From: Candidatus Thermosaccharophagus yellowstonensis
Lineage (GTDB): Bacteria > Armatimonadota > Fervidibacteria > Fervidibacterales > Thermosaccharophagaceae
Direction: 5' to 3'
NCBI GenBank assembly: GCA_041537945.1
Contig: JBGOEK010000009.1
Location: 15,099-79,098, forward strand
Length of the DNA: 64,000 nt
The position numbers were made by a program, and so were the translations under genes. How positions within the stretch are numbered: position 1 is the first letter of the stretch; every line of letters starts with the position of its first letter. Shown piece by piece: positions 18,099 to 27,677 of the stretch. Below the pieces are notes generated by a model. That model worked only from the letters and a program-made list of their open reading frames with translations. It was not told the DNA's origin and searched no databases.

Positions 18099-20111
18099 AT
18101 GTTGAAGGGGAGGGGGAAGCAAGTGGCGAAGGTAAGAGCGCCTGCGATTGGCATTGATGCTGAGCTTGAAGAATATCGGCGCATGATGGATGTGCCAAAG
18201 GAGTTTGAGGAGGGCTTCACACTCAAGACTGTTGTCGGGGCTTTGTTTGTAGCCTTCGTCTTCTTACCAGGTTCAATTTACCTTTGGCTCGTTGCTGGGC
18301 ATACGCTCGGTGCTGCTGCTCAATGGGTAACGGTGATTTTGTTCGTTGAGGTCGCAAGGCGTTCATTCATGGTCTTGCGCAGGCAAGAAGTTTACTTGCT
18401 CGTGGTGGTTGCGAGTGCACTCATCGGCACAAACCCATTCCAAGGCTTCATATGGAATGTCTACTTACGCACATCGCATGTGACCAAGGGCTTGGGCATA
18501 GCTGATGAAATACCAACATGGGTTGTTCCGCCTGCTGACTCGCCAGCTATCATTCACCGAACCTTCTTCCACCCACATTGGGTTGTCCCCATCCTGCTCA
18601 TGCTGTTTGGTAGCACTGTCGGGCAAGTTAAAGGGTTTAGTTTTGGCTACCTGCTCTTCAGGATCACATCGGATTATGAGAGGCTACCTTTCCCGCTTGC
18701 GCCAGTTGGCGCTCTCTCTGCGACTGCACTTGCTGAGATAACAACGAAAGAGGAGACATGGCGTTGGAGGATTTTCTCGATTGGTGCGATGATTGGGCTT
18801 GCGTGGGGCATCTTCTATGTGGGCATCCCAACGCTTACTGGCGCACTGATGACTCGCCCACTACAGCTCATCAAAATACCATTCATTGAGCTGACGCACA
18901 ACACGCAAAATGTTTTGCCAGCAACACCAACTGGCATCGGAACTGACTTGGGCTCTTTCCTTTATGGCTTCGTCGCACCGTTTTGGTCTGTGACTGGTGG
19001 CTTCATAGCTGCTCTCTTGACGCTCATCCTAAACCCAATCCTCTACTACAAAGGCTTCTTGAAGCAGTGGCGACCCGGGATGGACACAATACAAACGCAG
19101 ACAGTCAACCACTACGACTTTTGGTTGAGCGCAAGCATCGGGGTATCGCTCGCTGTCGCAACGCTTGGGATAGCTTCCGTCATATCATCGGCTTTGAAAG
19201 TCGGTAGAACCACCGAAAGAAGGGAGAGGGGGAGTTTCACACCGCCTCCTGGCAGGGGCGATTTCCCAATACCTGTCATGCTACTTGCCTACATAGGCGC
19301 TGCGATAGCTTATGTCATCCTCTGCCACCACCTCATACCCCATTTTTATTTCTGGTTCTTGCTTCTTTTCGCCTTCGTTTACACGCCTCTCACATCTTAT
19401 GTGGACGCTCGCATGATCGGCTTGACAGGGCAGTGGATTACGATCCCGTATGTCAGGGAAGCGACCTTCATCCTCTACAGCAAGCTCACTGGCTACAAGG
19501 GAATTGACATATGGTTTGCGCCAATACCAATTGCAGACTACGGTGGCGCTGCACAGCACTGGAGGATCGTTGAGTTAACTGGGACAAAGTTTACAAGCCT
19601 GCTCAAAGCTGTTATCCTCGTCATCTGCATTGCTATACCGAGCAACCTTGCAGTTTGGCAAATAATATGGAGATTAGCTCCGATACCGAGCTCCGTATAC
19701 CCGTATGCGCAAAAGATGTGGCCGTTGCAGGCTTTTTATGCATCGCTTTGGTGGACAGCGACTGCTAAGGGTAAGCAGGCTCTACTTCAAGCCGTTAAAT
19801 TCCCAGTTATTGCCACATTCTTTGCATCATCTATAGCTGCGTATGGGATACTCTACGCCTTCCAATTGCCAATATTGCTCATTTATGGCTTTATCCGTGG
19901 CATGTCTGGGATGCTCCCGCACTACATCTTCGTTGAATTCGCGGGGGCACTCGTGCGCCGATTCTACATCGAAAAGCGAATTGACCCAGAAACTTGGCGA
20001 AGATACGCTGCAGTTTTGCTTGGTGGGTATTCTTGCGGGATGGGCTTAGTTGGGATGTTCTGCGCTGCAGTGGCAATCGTCTCAAAAGCCGTCTCCCAAT
20101 TGCCGTATTGA
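18099..20111 (+). CDS. Large polytopic membrane protein of unknown function (weak OPT-transporter-like N-terminus)
   Basis: 670-aa ORF with many hydrophobic helices, at least 12 by eye. 'FTLKTVVGALFVAFVFLPGSIYLWLVAGHTLGAAAQWVTVILFVEVARR' loosely recalls OPT-family N-termini. No catalytic motif recognised. An alternative GTG start at 18123 follows AGGGGGA. Confidence 0.5.
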   Translation: MLKGRGKQVAKVRAPAIGIDAELEEYRRMMDVPKEFEEGFTLKTVVGALFVAFVFLPGSIYLWLVAGHTLGAAAQWVTVILFVEVARRSFMVLRRQEVYLLVVVASALIGTNPFQGFIWNVYLRTSHVTKGLGIADEIPTWVVPPADSPAIIHRTFFHPHWVVPILLMLFGSTVGQVKGFSFGYLLFRITSDYERLPFPLAPVGALSATALAEITTKEETWRWRIFSIGAMIGLAWGIFYVGIPTLTGALMTRPLQLIKIPFIELTHNTQNVLPATPTGIGTDLGSFLYGFVAPFWSVTGGFIAALLTLILNPILYYKGFLKQWRPGMDTIQTQTVNHYDFWLSASIGVSLAVATLGIASVISSALKVGRTTERRERGSFTPPPGRGDFPIPVMLLAYIGAAIAYVILCHHLIPHFYFWFLLLFAFVYTPLTSYVDARMIGLTGQWITIPYVREATFILYSKLTGYKGIDIWFAPIPIADYGGAAQHWRIVELTGTKFTSLLKAVILVICIAIPSNLAVWQIIWRLAPIPSSVYPYAQKMWPLQAFYASLWWTATAKGKQALLQAVKFPVIATFFASSIAAYGILYAFQLPILLIYGFIRGMSGMLPHYIFVEFAGALVRRFYIEKRIDPETWRRYAAVLLGGYSCGMGLVGMFCAAVAIVSKAVSQLPY

Positions 20112-20144
20112 TGGGCAAAAGCTCATTTTTCCATAAAAGCGTGA

Positions 20145-21422
20145 TTATTCACTTCCCTCACTTTGAACCAGTGTTTCCGACTCCTCTGGGATGGGAGTTT
20201 CACCCTCAATCAGTTTCGAAATATGCCTTATGGCATATTCCACACTCTTCAGAGCCTTCTCCCTCTGATTGCTTATGGCTCTGACTTCCTTTGCCATATT
20301 TTCCAGCTCCTTTTTTGCCTCTTCTAAGGCTGTTTTTGCGGTGCATATCGCTTGTTCTGTATCGCCTATCCTTGATATGCCAAGCTTCTGTGCCATCATG
20401 TAAAGGCTCAGCACGAACGGCAAGAGTAGGGTGTATGGCACAACCACAATGTTGCGTTCAGCTGATTTTTTGATAGCGCTTCTGCAGATGGAGTAAACCG
20501 AGTCTGGGACTGCAGCAATAGCAAAGCCAAGCATTCTCTCATCCTTCAGATACTTGCTAACTTCCCTTAAGCGCTGTTCCATCTGCCTGTTTACTTCCTT
20601 CTCCAGTTGCTTTTGTTTTTCCTCGTTTTCGCTGTTGCCCTCAAGTTGTGCCACCAGATCAGGAGCAACGAATTTGCTATCCAGGGGTATGAAGCGATTG
20701 CCAGGCATCTTGATTGCAAATTCAACTTCGCCATCGCCAACTTTGACATTTCGCTCTACCCAGCTTTCAGGGATGGGGCGTAAGAGTTCCTCCACAAGTC
20801 TCTCACCCACAACTCCACTCTTCCTCCCAAGCAAAATGCGTGTCAGTTGGTCAATATTCTCCTCAATACGCCCAACCGCCTTCTCCAACCCTGTGAGGAT
20901 GTTCACTTGCATGGCTATCTCTTGAACTGTTGCCTTCGCAATACCTAAGTCCCGTTGAAGTTCACGCAGGTTGTTGATCAACTGCTCTTGATAGCTACGA
21001 AGGTTATTGCTCGCCTCTTCTACCAGTGTCTTGACGGATGTGATGTTCTCGCCTGCGTTTTTGAGGTCTCGTTTGGCATCGTTGAGGGCTTGATCGAGCG
21101 TGGCTAAGGTTTTGGTTGCGTTTTGAAGTTGCTCCACAACTTGTGGATAGAAGGTCCTTTGGGTGAATTCGGTCAACGATTGTAGGCGTGTGTCGGCTTG
21201 AGTCAGACTCTTTTGAGCAGTTGTTAAATCTGAGCGAATAAGCTCAACTTGCTGTTGAGTTGCTACCGTTCGTTGGAGTTCTTCAAGGCGCCTTTCCAAA
21301 TCGCCAACTTGCTGTTCAAGCGTTTTTGTATCTGGTGCTCTGAAAAGTAGCTTACTAAGGAGTAAGCCAACTATGAAGCTCACAAGAACGATCACGCCGA
21401 TTACTAAACCCATTTGCGCCAT
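20145..21422 (-). CDS. rmuC: DNA recombination protein RmuC homologue
   Basis: 425 aa. N-terminal TM 'LVIGVIVLVSFIVGLLLSKLLF', ~200 aa of predicted coiled coil, then 'VEFAIKMPGNRFIPLDSKF' and 'VVPYTLLLPFVLSLY' resembling the RmuC C-terminal core. Confidence 0.7.
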   Translation of the reverse strand: MAQMGLVIGVIVLVSFIVGLLLSKLLFRAPDTKTLEQQVGDLERRLEELQRTVATQQQVELIRSDLTTAQKSLTQADTRLQSLTEFTQRTFYPQVVEQLQNATKTLATLDQALNDAKRDLKNAGENITSVKTLVEEASNNLRSYQEQLINNLRELQRDLGIAKATVQEIAMQVNILTGLEKAVGRIEENIDQLTRILLGRKSGVVGERLVEELLRPIPESWVERNVKVGDGEVEFAIKMPGNRFIPLDSKFVAPDLVAQLEGNSENEEKQKQLEKEVNRQMEQRLREVSKYLKDERMLGFAIAAVPDSVYSICRSAIKKSAERNIVVVPYTLLLPFVLSLYMMAQKLGISRIGDTEQAICTAKTALEEAKKELENMAKEVRAISNQREKALKSVEYAIRHISKLIEGETPIPEESETLVQSEGSE

Positions 21423-21536
21423 TTAAAACACCTCCCAACTCGATTTGAGCACGCTCGTCTTTAGCAAATTTTAGTGCAAGGTTTGGGCGCATGCAATATT
21501 TTGGGTGTGCTTGGTAGTCGGTGAAGTGAAGGGGGG

Positions 21537-23552
21537 TTATTGTGGGCAACATGCTTTGGCGTCGGCTTCTATGGCTTCGTCTTCGTATCCGATGCGCCTG
21601 TAGCGCACTGGCAAATGTAGTGCTTTTTGATACATTGCAGTGGCTGTCGCTCTGTCAAAAAAACTTGCATCAGCTTTGAGTTTGAATGCGAGCGCCTTAG
21701 CGTGCTTGGCTACCCATGCAGGCATTGGTAGACCTGATTTTGCAACTTGCTCAAGCATGGTCAGCGCTACGCGCAAGTTGCCCCTTGACTCTTCCAGCAA
21801 CGCTCTTGCGGAGTTGAGCTTGACGCTGTAAACCTCATTTGACGGGTCCAATGGAAGTGCCCTTGAGAGCGCTTTCACAGCGTCCTCAATCAGGTGATAC
21901 GCTTTCGCTCTTTGCTCGCCTTTCATTTCATCCATTGTCCTTCCCCAAGAACCCAACAGCCGACAGAGCATGCACAGTTTTATCTGAGCGATGTTGTGCC
22001 AGTAGAGTGCATCTTCGTCGAAGCACTTTAGCGCTACCTCAAAGCATTTGAGTGCCTCATCAAGCCTGCCCCTCTTAAACTCCATTAGACCAAGTTGTGC
22101 ATGGTAGTATGCAAAAGTTGGATCAAGCTTTATCGCCAGCCTTAACCCTCTCAAGCGAGCTTCGGTCTCTTCTTCGTGCATCGCATTGACGAAGAGGAGG
22201 TGAGCCACACTGTAGCGAAACCCGAAAAGCAATGCCACGAGCGCAAGTGGCGTGAACAGGGCTAAGGAAGCTATCGCGACCTTCATCGTTTTTTTGGTGC
22301 TTGTGTTGGCGCTACGGTGGATGCCGATATGTCCCAATGAAGCGCTTGAAGCACAGATGCCGACGGTGACAGCGAATGCACACATGATTGCGGGCATCTC
22401 AAGCTCAGAATTGCCTATCGAACCGACGAGGAAGCCCACGACTGCGCACCATGTAGCGACTTCATATGCGCTCGCACTGCCATGCCTTGAACCGAGTATG
22501 CGCCCACAGCTCAAAATCAGGCACAGCAACAAAGGAGCGATAAACAGCGCCAGCCCTACTAACCCAGTTTCGGCAGCTATGTGAAGGTAGAAGTTATGCG
22601 GGTGCAATGGTATCTCTCTGACGCCGCCTTGTGGGATGAACTTGGTGTATGCTAACGGGTAGCATCCAGCACCAACTCCATTAATCCACTTGCTCATACT
22701 CATCTTGGCTGTGTAGTGCCACATTGCTATGCGGTTGTAGACGCTGATATCAATGTGCGTGAACATGGCTACAAGCCTTCTAATCACCCAGTTGCCCGGG
22801 ACAAGGAGCACACCAATCAATAACACTGCGACTGCGACGGCTACTATGAGTGCATGCTGTTTGAGCCAGCGTGCGATTTCGCTTTTCCGTCTCAGCATGA
22901 TGGCGGTGGACGAGAGCGATATCGCTATCAACCCAGCATATCCACTCCTTGAACATGTGAGCAGTAAGCAGAACAAAGTTGCCACAGCGCCAGCTGTGCA
23001 AATGTGCACCACCAGCTTGCTTTCAAACTTCTTCTGCTCCTCAACTGCAAACGCTATCCACAGCGGGAGTGCGATGACCAAGAACAATGCCAAATCGTTA
23101 GGGTGGTTAAGCGTCCCTTTAAGCACTCTCTCAAAAGGCTCTCCCGGTGGGCGTCTCGGAAGCCATGTCAACCATTGTATGAGTGAGAGTGTGGCTTCAA
23201 AAGCACACGCTACAAGGAGACTCATAGCGATGTAGCGGTTGCCACCCTCTCTTTGAGCAGTGCGCCACGCTACAACAAATGTGGCTAAATACAAAAGTCG
23301 GTAAACCGTCGCCTCATAACTCATGCGCGGGTAGATGGAAAGGAAAGCAGTCAGAACATACCACACAGCTAATGGTGCTACGAAGATGAGTTTCATCATA
23401 TCCTGAGCATCTCTTATTGTTGCGAGGATGGCGAGCCATAGGGCAATGCAAATGATGAGGTTGAGCAACGATGTTGACGGTGAGAAGAGACCGTAGACGG
23501 TTCCGCCCAATGTGAACATGTAGAGCATGAAACTAAGCCACAGCAGTTGCAT
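21537..23552 (-). CDS. O-antigen ligase (Wzy_C)-like polytopic membrane protein with C-terminal TPR repeats
   Basis: 671 aa, at least 10 TM helices. 'HPHNFYLHIAAETGLVGLALFIAPLL' is typical of the O-antigen ligase/Wzy_C loop. The C-terminal ~230 aa are TPR-like ('YHAQLGLMEFKRGRLDEALKCFEVALK'). Confidence 0.7.
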   Translation of the reverse strand: MQLLWLSFMLYMFTLGGTVYGLFSPSTSLLNLIICIALWLAILATIRDAQDMMKLIFVAPLAVWYVLTAFLSIYPRMSYEATVYRLLYLATFVVAWRTAQREGGNRYIAMSLLVACAFEATLSLIQWLTWLPRRPPGEPFERVLKGTLNHPNDLALFLVIALPLWIAFAVEEQKKFESKLVVHICTAGAVATLFCLLLTCSRSGYAGLIAISLSSTAIMLRRKSEIARWLKQHALIVAVAVAVLLIGVLLVPGNWVIRRLVAMFTHIDISVYNRIAMWHYTAKMSMSKWINGVGAGCYPLAYTKFIPQGGVREIPLHPHNFYLHIAAETGLVGLALFIAPLLLCLILSCGRILGSRHGSASAYEVATWCAVVGFLVGSIGNSELEMPAIMCAFAVTVGICASSASLGHIGIHRSANTSTKKTMKVAIASLALFTPLALVALLFGFRYSVAHLLFVNAMHEEETEARLRGLRLAIKLDPTFAYYHAQLGLMEFKRGRLDEALKCFEVALKCFDEDALYWHNIAQIKLCMLCRLLGSWGRTMDEMKGEQRAKAYHLIEDAVKALSRALPLDPSNEVYSVKLNSARALLEESRGNLRVALTMLEQVAKSGLPMPAWVAKHAKALAFKLKADASFFDRATATAMYQKALHLPVRYRRIGYEDEAIEADAKACCPQ

Positions 23553-23568
23553 TCATCACCTGCTCCCT

Positions 23569-24435
23569 TCATTTGGCATCGTGGTGTGGCTCAACCACCT
23601 CGGAGTTGATGCCCATGCTCTTCAGGAGGCTTTGGAGATGAGCCACTGCGGAATTCACTTCCGCATCAACTTCTTCTTTTCCCTCTGATGACATTGAGAG
23701 CGTTATCTTAAGCTTGACATCTCGCCCGAACCGTGAAGCCCTCGACTTCACATAAACGCTCGGGTGAGCTTTTGCCACCTCGCTCACGATTGGCGCAAGC
23801 TTTGACTCATCGCATATCTCGGCGATGACTTCAACCAGCTTGAAATAGCCCCTACCAAGCAATCCCATCAGGAACGGTGGGAGGGTGCTCTCCCATATGC
23901 CAACGAGTTCTCTTGGGACACCCGGAAGGCAGAGCAAAGTGTGTCCTCTTTTCCACTCAAACCACACCGCTGGCGCAGTTCCAACAGGGTTGAAAATCGG
24001 CACCGCACCCTCTGGCAGTATCGCCATCTTCCTTCTCGGCTCCGTCATCTCTGGGCTGTCAACCAAGCCCTCGGCGAACAGTTGGCGATAGCGTTCACTC
24101 ACCATGCGGTATGCATCCTCGTTCAACTTGAGTCCGACGCGAAATGCAATCGCGACAGCTTCAAGCGTTTTATCATCCTCGGTTGGTCCAAGCCCGCCAG
24201 TCGTGATGATGAGTCTCCTACCTTTTGAGGTTGCGATGCGCAGTTCCTCTGCGATTACATTGACATCATCTGGAAGCATGACAGCCCTGCATACCTTAGC
24301 GCCCATGCCCGTAAGTTGCTTGCACAGGTAATTCGTGTTTGTGTCCAAGACATCCCCAAGAAGAAGTTCGTTGCCTATGGCGAATATCTCAACATCAACC
24401 ATTTTCGTTTTCACCGCCCTTTTTCGGTTTGTCAT
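23569..24435 (-). CDS. CinA N-terminal-like molybdopterin-binding (MoCF_biosynth) domain protein
   Basis: 288 aa. 'VEIFAIGNELLLGDVLDTNTNYLCKQL' and 'LIITTGGLGPTEDDKTLEAVA' match the CinA-like/MoaB-MogA fold. No PncC deamidase domain is present. An alternative start is M12 at 24402. Confidence 0.7.
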   Translation of the reverse strand: MTNRKRAVKTKMVDVEIFAIGNELLLGDVLDTNTNYLCKQLTGMGAKVCRAVMLPDDVNVIAEELRIATSKGRRLIITTGGLGPTEDDKTLEAVAIAFRVGLKLNEDAYRMVSERYRQLFAEGLVDSPEMTEPRRKMAILPEGAVPIFNPVGTAPAVWFEWKRGHTLLCLPGVPRELVGIWESTLPPFLMGLLGRGYFKLVEVIAEICDESKLAPIVSEVAKAHPSVYVKSRASRFGRDVKLKITLSMSSEGKEEVDAEVNSAVAHLQSLLKSMGINSEVVEPHHDAK

Positions 24436-24543
24436 TTTATCGCTTTTTGTCGCATCGCTCCTGCGCTAAAATTGACATTGCAAAAGAAGCTTCCGCTCCA
24501 CAGCTTTGTCTTGCCTTCTCATCTTCGGAGGCTGATGTTGCGC

Positions 24544-25806
24544 ATGGCGAAGTATAAAGCGCCAAGGGGAACTCATGATGTGCTTCCCGATGAAATACCT
24601 GAGTGGCGTTTCGCTGAGGAGACATTCAGGCGCATCTGCTCACTTTACGGTTATCGTGAGATAAGGACACCAGCTTTTGAGGATACGGACTTGTTTGTGC
24701 GTTCAGTTGGCGAGGCATCGGATATCGTCATGAAGCAGATGTATACCTTCACAGACCCCGGTGGCGAAAGCTATACGCTTAGACCCGAAGGGACTGCCCC
24801 GACTGTGCGTGCATACATTCAGCACAACTTGGGCTACGGAATGCCACTTGTCAAGCTCTTCTACATCGCACCTATATTCCGATACGAAAGACCACAAGCT
24901 GGCAGATACAGACAACATCATCAAGCTGGAGTTGAGGCAATCGGCTCAAGCGACCCTGCGGTTGATGCCGAAGTTATAACGCTTGGTGTTGACTTCCTGA
25001 GCGAGCTGGGGATTGACGGCTACGAGATACACATCAATTCCGTTGGATGCCCAAACTGTCGTCCCGCATACAGGAAAGCGCTCACCGATTATGCGATGTC
25101 GCTCAAGGATGAGCTCTGTGACGATTGCAAAAGGAGGCTCTTAACAAACCCACTGCGCATGCTCGATTGCAAAGAGGAGAAGTGTAGAATGCTTATGGCT
25201 TCGGCACCGAGCATATTCTCATACCTTTGCCGTGAGTGCTTGGCGCATTTTGAGGCGGTGCTTAGATACCTTGATGCGGTTGGTGTAGCCTATGTCCAAG
25301 ATGATAAGCTCGTTAGGGGCTTGGACTACTACACGAAAACAACATTTGAGTTCCTCCACTCATCTCTTGGTGCTCAAAGCGCTATCTTAGCTGGTGGCAG
25401 GTATGACGGGCTCGTTGAGGAATGCGGTGGCAAGCCGACTCCGGGGATCGGCTTTGGGTGCGGGATTGAGAGGGTGCTCCTGTTGCGCCAGAGCGCTAAC
25501 CTGCGTTGCACCGAGGATAGCATTGTGGATGTTTTCGTGTGCGTCGTCGGTGAGAGCGCAAAGCAGTTTGCATTCTCGCTGTTGCGTCGTTTGAGGCATT
25601 CTGGGGTGCGCGCTGACATGGATTATTTCGACAGGAGCTTGAAGGCGCAACTCAGGTTTGCCGATAGGCTCGGTGCCACATACTCTGTCATCATAGGTGA
25701 TGAGGAGCTGTCAAACGGCTTTGCGACGGTGAGGGCAATGAAGTTGAGCAGGCAGGAGAAAGTCCCTTTGGAGAAGCTCGTCGATTATCTTCTCTCGGGG
25801 AGATGA
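24544..25806 (+). CDS. hisS: Histidine--tRNA ligase
   Basis: 'MAKYKAPRGTHDVLP', 'YRQHHQAGVEAIG', 'GGRYDGL', 'GFGCGIERV'. ATG at 24544. The track ORF start at 24316 is a spurious upstream extension running into the divergent gene. Confidence 0.9.
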   Translation: MAKYKAPRGTHDVLPDEIPEWRFAEETFRRICSLYGYREIRTPAFEDTDLFVRSVGEASDIVMKQMYTFTDPGGESYTLRPEGTAPTVRAYIQHNLGYGMPLVKLFYIAPIFRYERPQAGRYRQHHQAGVEAIGSSDPAVDAEVITLGVDFLSELGIDGYEIHINSVGCPNCRPAYRKALTDYAMSLKDELCDDCKRRLLTNPLRMLDCKEEKCRMLMASAPSIFSYLCRECLAHFEAVLRYLDAVGVAYVQDDKLVRGLDYYTKTTFEFLHSSLGAQSAILAGGRYDGLVEECGGKPTPGIGFGCGIERVLLLRQSANLRCTEDSIVDVFVCVVGESAKQFAFSLLRRLRHSGVRADMDYFDRSLKAQLRFADRLGATYSVIIGDEELSNGFATVRAMKLSRQEKVPLEKLVDYLLSGR

Positions 25807-27635
25807 AGAAAGCCATGATGCGCACACACTGGTGTGGCGAGTTGCGCACTGAGCACATCGGTCAAAAGGTGAGGCTATGTGGATGGGTCAACAGGGTCAG
25901 GGATCACGGTGGCGTCATCTTCATTGACCTGAGGGATAGAAGTGGCATAGTGCAGGTTGTCTTTGACCCCTCGGTATGCTCAAAGGAAACGCATGAGCTT
26001 GCTTCTGAGGTCGGAAACGAATATGTGTTGGCTGTTGAAGGTGAAGTCGTCCGAAGACCACCGGGGACGGAGAACCCGAAACTGCTCACAGGTGAGATTG
26101 AAGTTAGGGGTGAGAGGTTGGAAGTGTTGAACACTTCAAAGCCACCCGTATTCCAACTGACATCATCCGAGGATGTTGATGAGATGGTTCGGTTGAAGTA
26201 TCGCTACCTTGATCTGCGTCGCCAGAAGATGCGTGACATCATTGAGCTACGCTACAGGTTCACGAAGGCTGTGAGGGATTTCATGGACTCCGAAGGCTTT
26301 TGGGAGATCGAGACACCGATACTTTGGAAGCACACGCCAGAGGGCGCAAGGGAGTTCATCGTCCCGTCAAGGCTTCACGCTGGCAAATTCTATGTTTTGC
26401 CTCAGTCGCCTCAGCTCTGCAAGCAACTGTTGATGGTTGCGGGCATAGAGAAGTATTTCCAGATTGCAAGATGCTTCAGGGATGAAGACCCGAGGGCGGA
26501 TAGACAGCTTGAGTTCACTCAGATCGACATTGAAATGTCTTTCATCACTCGTGAGGACATCTTTGATGTCGTTGAGCGGATGCTCGCATACGCTTTTGAG
26601 GTGAGCGCTGGAATAAAAATTGAGACGCCGTTCTTGAGGATGAGCTACGCTGAGGCGATGGAGCGCTACGGGACAGATAAGCCAGATTTGCGTTTCGGCA
26701 TGGAGCTGTGCGATATAACCGACATAGTCTCTGGGAGCTCTTTCCAAGTCTTCTCACAAACTGTGGCGTCGGGTGGGAGAGTAAAGGCGTTGAATGCTGT
26801 CGGATGCGCGAGCTTCTCACGGAAGGAAGTTGCGGAGTTGACTGATATGGCAAAGCGAGCTGGCGCTAAGGGCTTAGCAACGATAGCGGTTGGAGGAGGG
26901 GAAGTCCACTCGCATGTGGCTAAGTTTTTGAGCGATGGTGAGTTGTCGGCGATATTTGAGCGTGTCGGCGCGAAGGATGGTGACTTGGTGCTCATAGTAG
27001 CTGACCAAAACGAGCTTGCTTGCAATGTGCTTGGGCTCCTAAGGAAGCACTTGGCGGGCAAGCTCGGTCTGACAAAATACGGTGATTGGAAATTCGTGTG
27101 GGTCGTAGATTTCCCATTGCTTCAATGGGATGAGGAAGAAGGGCGATACACTCCAGTTCATCACCCGTTCACAGCCCCATTGCCAGAAGATGAGCCAATG
27201 CTCTTTGAGGGGCTTAATTCAACATTGCCGAAAGGTCATCCAGAACATCCGCTCAGCAAGATAAGGGCGAACGCATACGACATTGTGCTCAACGGTTACG
27301 AGATTGGTGGTGGGAGCATAAGGATACACCGAAGGGAACTGCAAGAGGCACTATTTAGAGCCATTGACCTGCCGATGGATGAGGCATATCACAAGTTCGG
27401 CTTTTTACTTGAGGCGTTTGAGTATGGTGCGCCACCGCATGGTGGGATTGCGTTGGGGCTTGATAGGATAATAGCGCTCATAGCGGGAACGGACAATATT
27501 AGGGAAGTGATAGCCTTCCCTAAAACGAGCACTGGATATGATCCGTTGACTGGCTCTCCGACTCCGATAAGCGAGCAGTTGCTCAACGAAGTTCACATAA
27601 TGCTTTCGCTTAGGGAGGAAGATGAAAGCGCCTGA
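25803..27635 (+). CDS. aspS: Aspartate--tRNA ligase (bacterial type)
   Basis: 610 aa. 'FIDLRDRSGIVQVVF', 'FRDEDPRADRQLEFTQID', 'GGGSIRIH', 'PPHGGIALGLDRI'. The start overlaps the hisS stop (ATGA). Confidence 0.92.
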   Translation: MKKAMMRTHWCGELRTEHIGQKVRLCGWVNRVRDHGGVIFIDLRDRSGIVQVVFDPSVCSKETHELASEVGNEYVLAVEGEVVRRPPGTENPKLLTGEIEVRGERLEVLNTSKPPVFQLTSSEDVDEMVRLKYRYLDLRRQKMRDIIELRYRFTKAVRDFMDSEGFWEIETPILWKHTPEGAREFIVPSRLHAGKFYVLPQSPQLCKQLLMVAGIEKYFQIARCFRDEDPRADRQLEFTQIDIEMSFITREDIFDVVERMLAYAFEVSAGIKIETPFLRMSYAEAMERYGTDKPDLRFGMELCDITDIVSGSSFQVFSQTVASGGRVKALNAVGCASFSRKEVAELTDMAKRAGAKGLATIAVGGGEVHSHVAKFLSDGELSAIFERVGAKDGDLVLIVADQNELACNVLGLLRKHLAGKLGLTKYGDWKFVWVVDFPLLQWDEEEGRYTPVHHPFTAPLPEDEPMLFEGLNSTLPKGHPEHPLSKIRANAYDIVLNGYEIGGGSIRIHRRELQEALFRAIDLPMDEAYHKFGFLLEAFEYGAPPHGGIALGLDRIIALIAGTDNIREVIAFPKTSTGYDPLTGSPTPISEQLLNEVHIMLSLREEDESA

Positions 27636-27677
27636 GGAAAACTTGTGCATCAAGATCGCTTTGAAGGTGATGTGATC

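Noticed and set aside
24316-24543. Long N-terminal extensions in the ORF track for hisS (24316), rplI (11756), the RACo-like gene (49026) and ispE (52688).
   Set aside because: The extensions lack similarity to the respective families. They run into divergent genes or intergenic DNA. In every case, internal ATG codons with good SD spacing coincide with canonical family N-termini.
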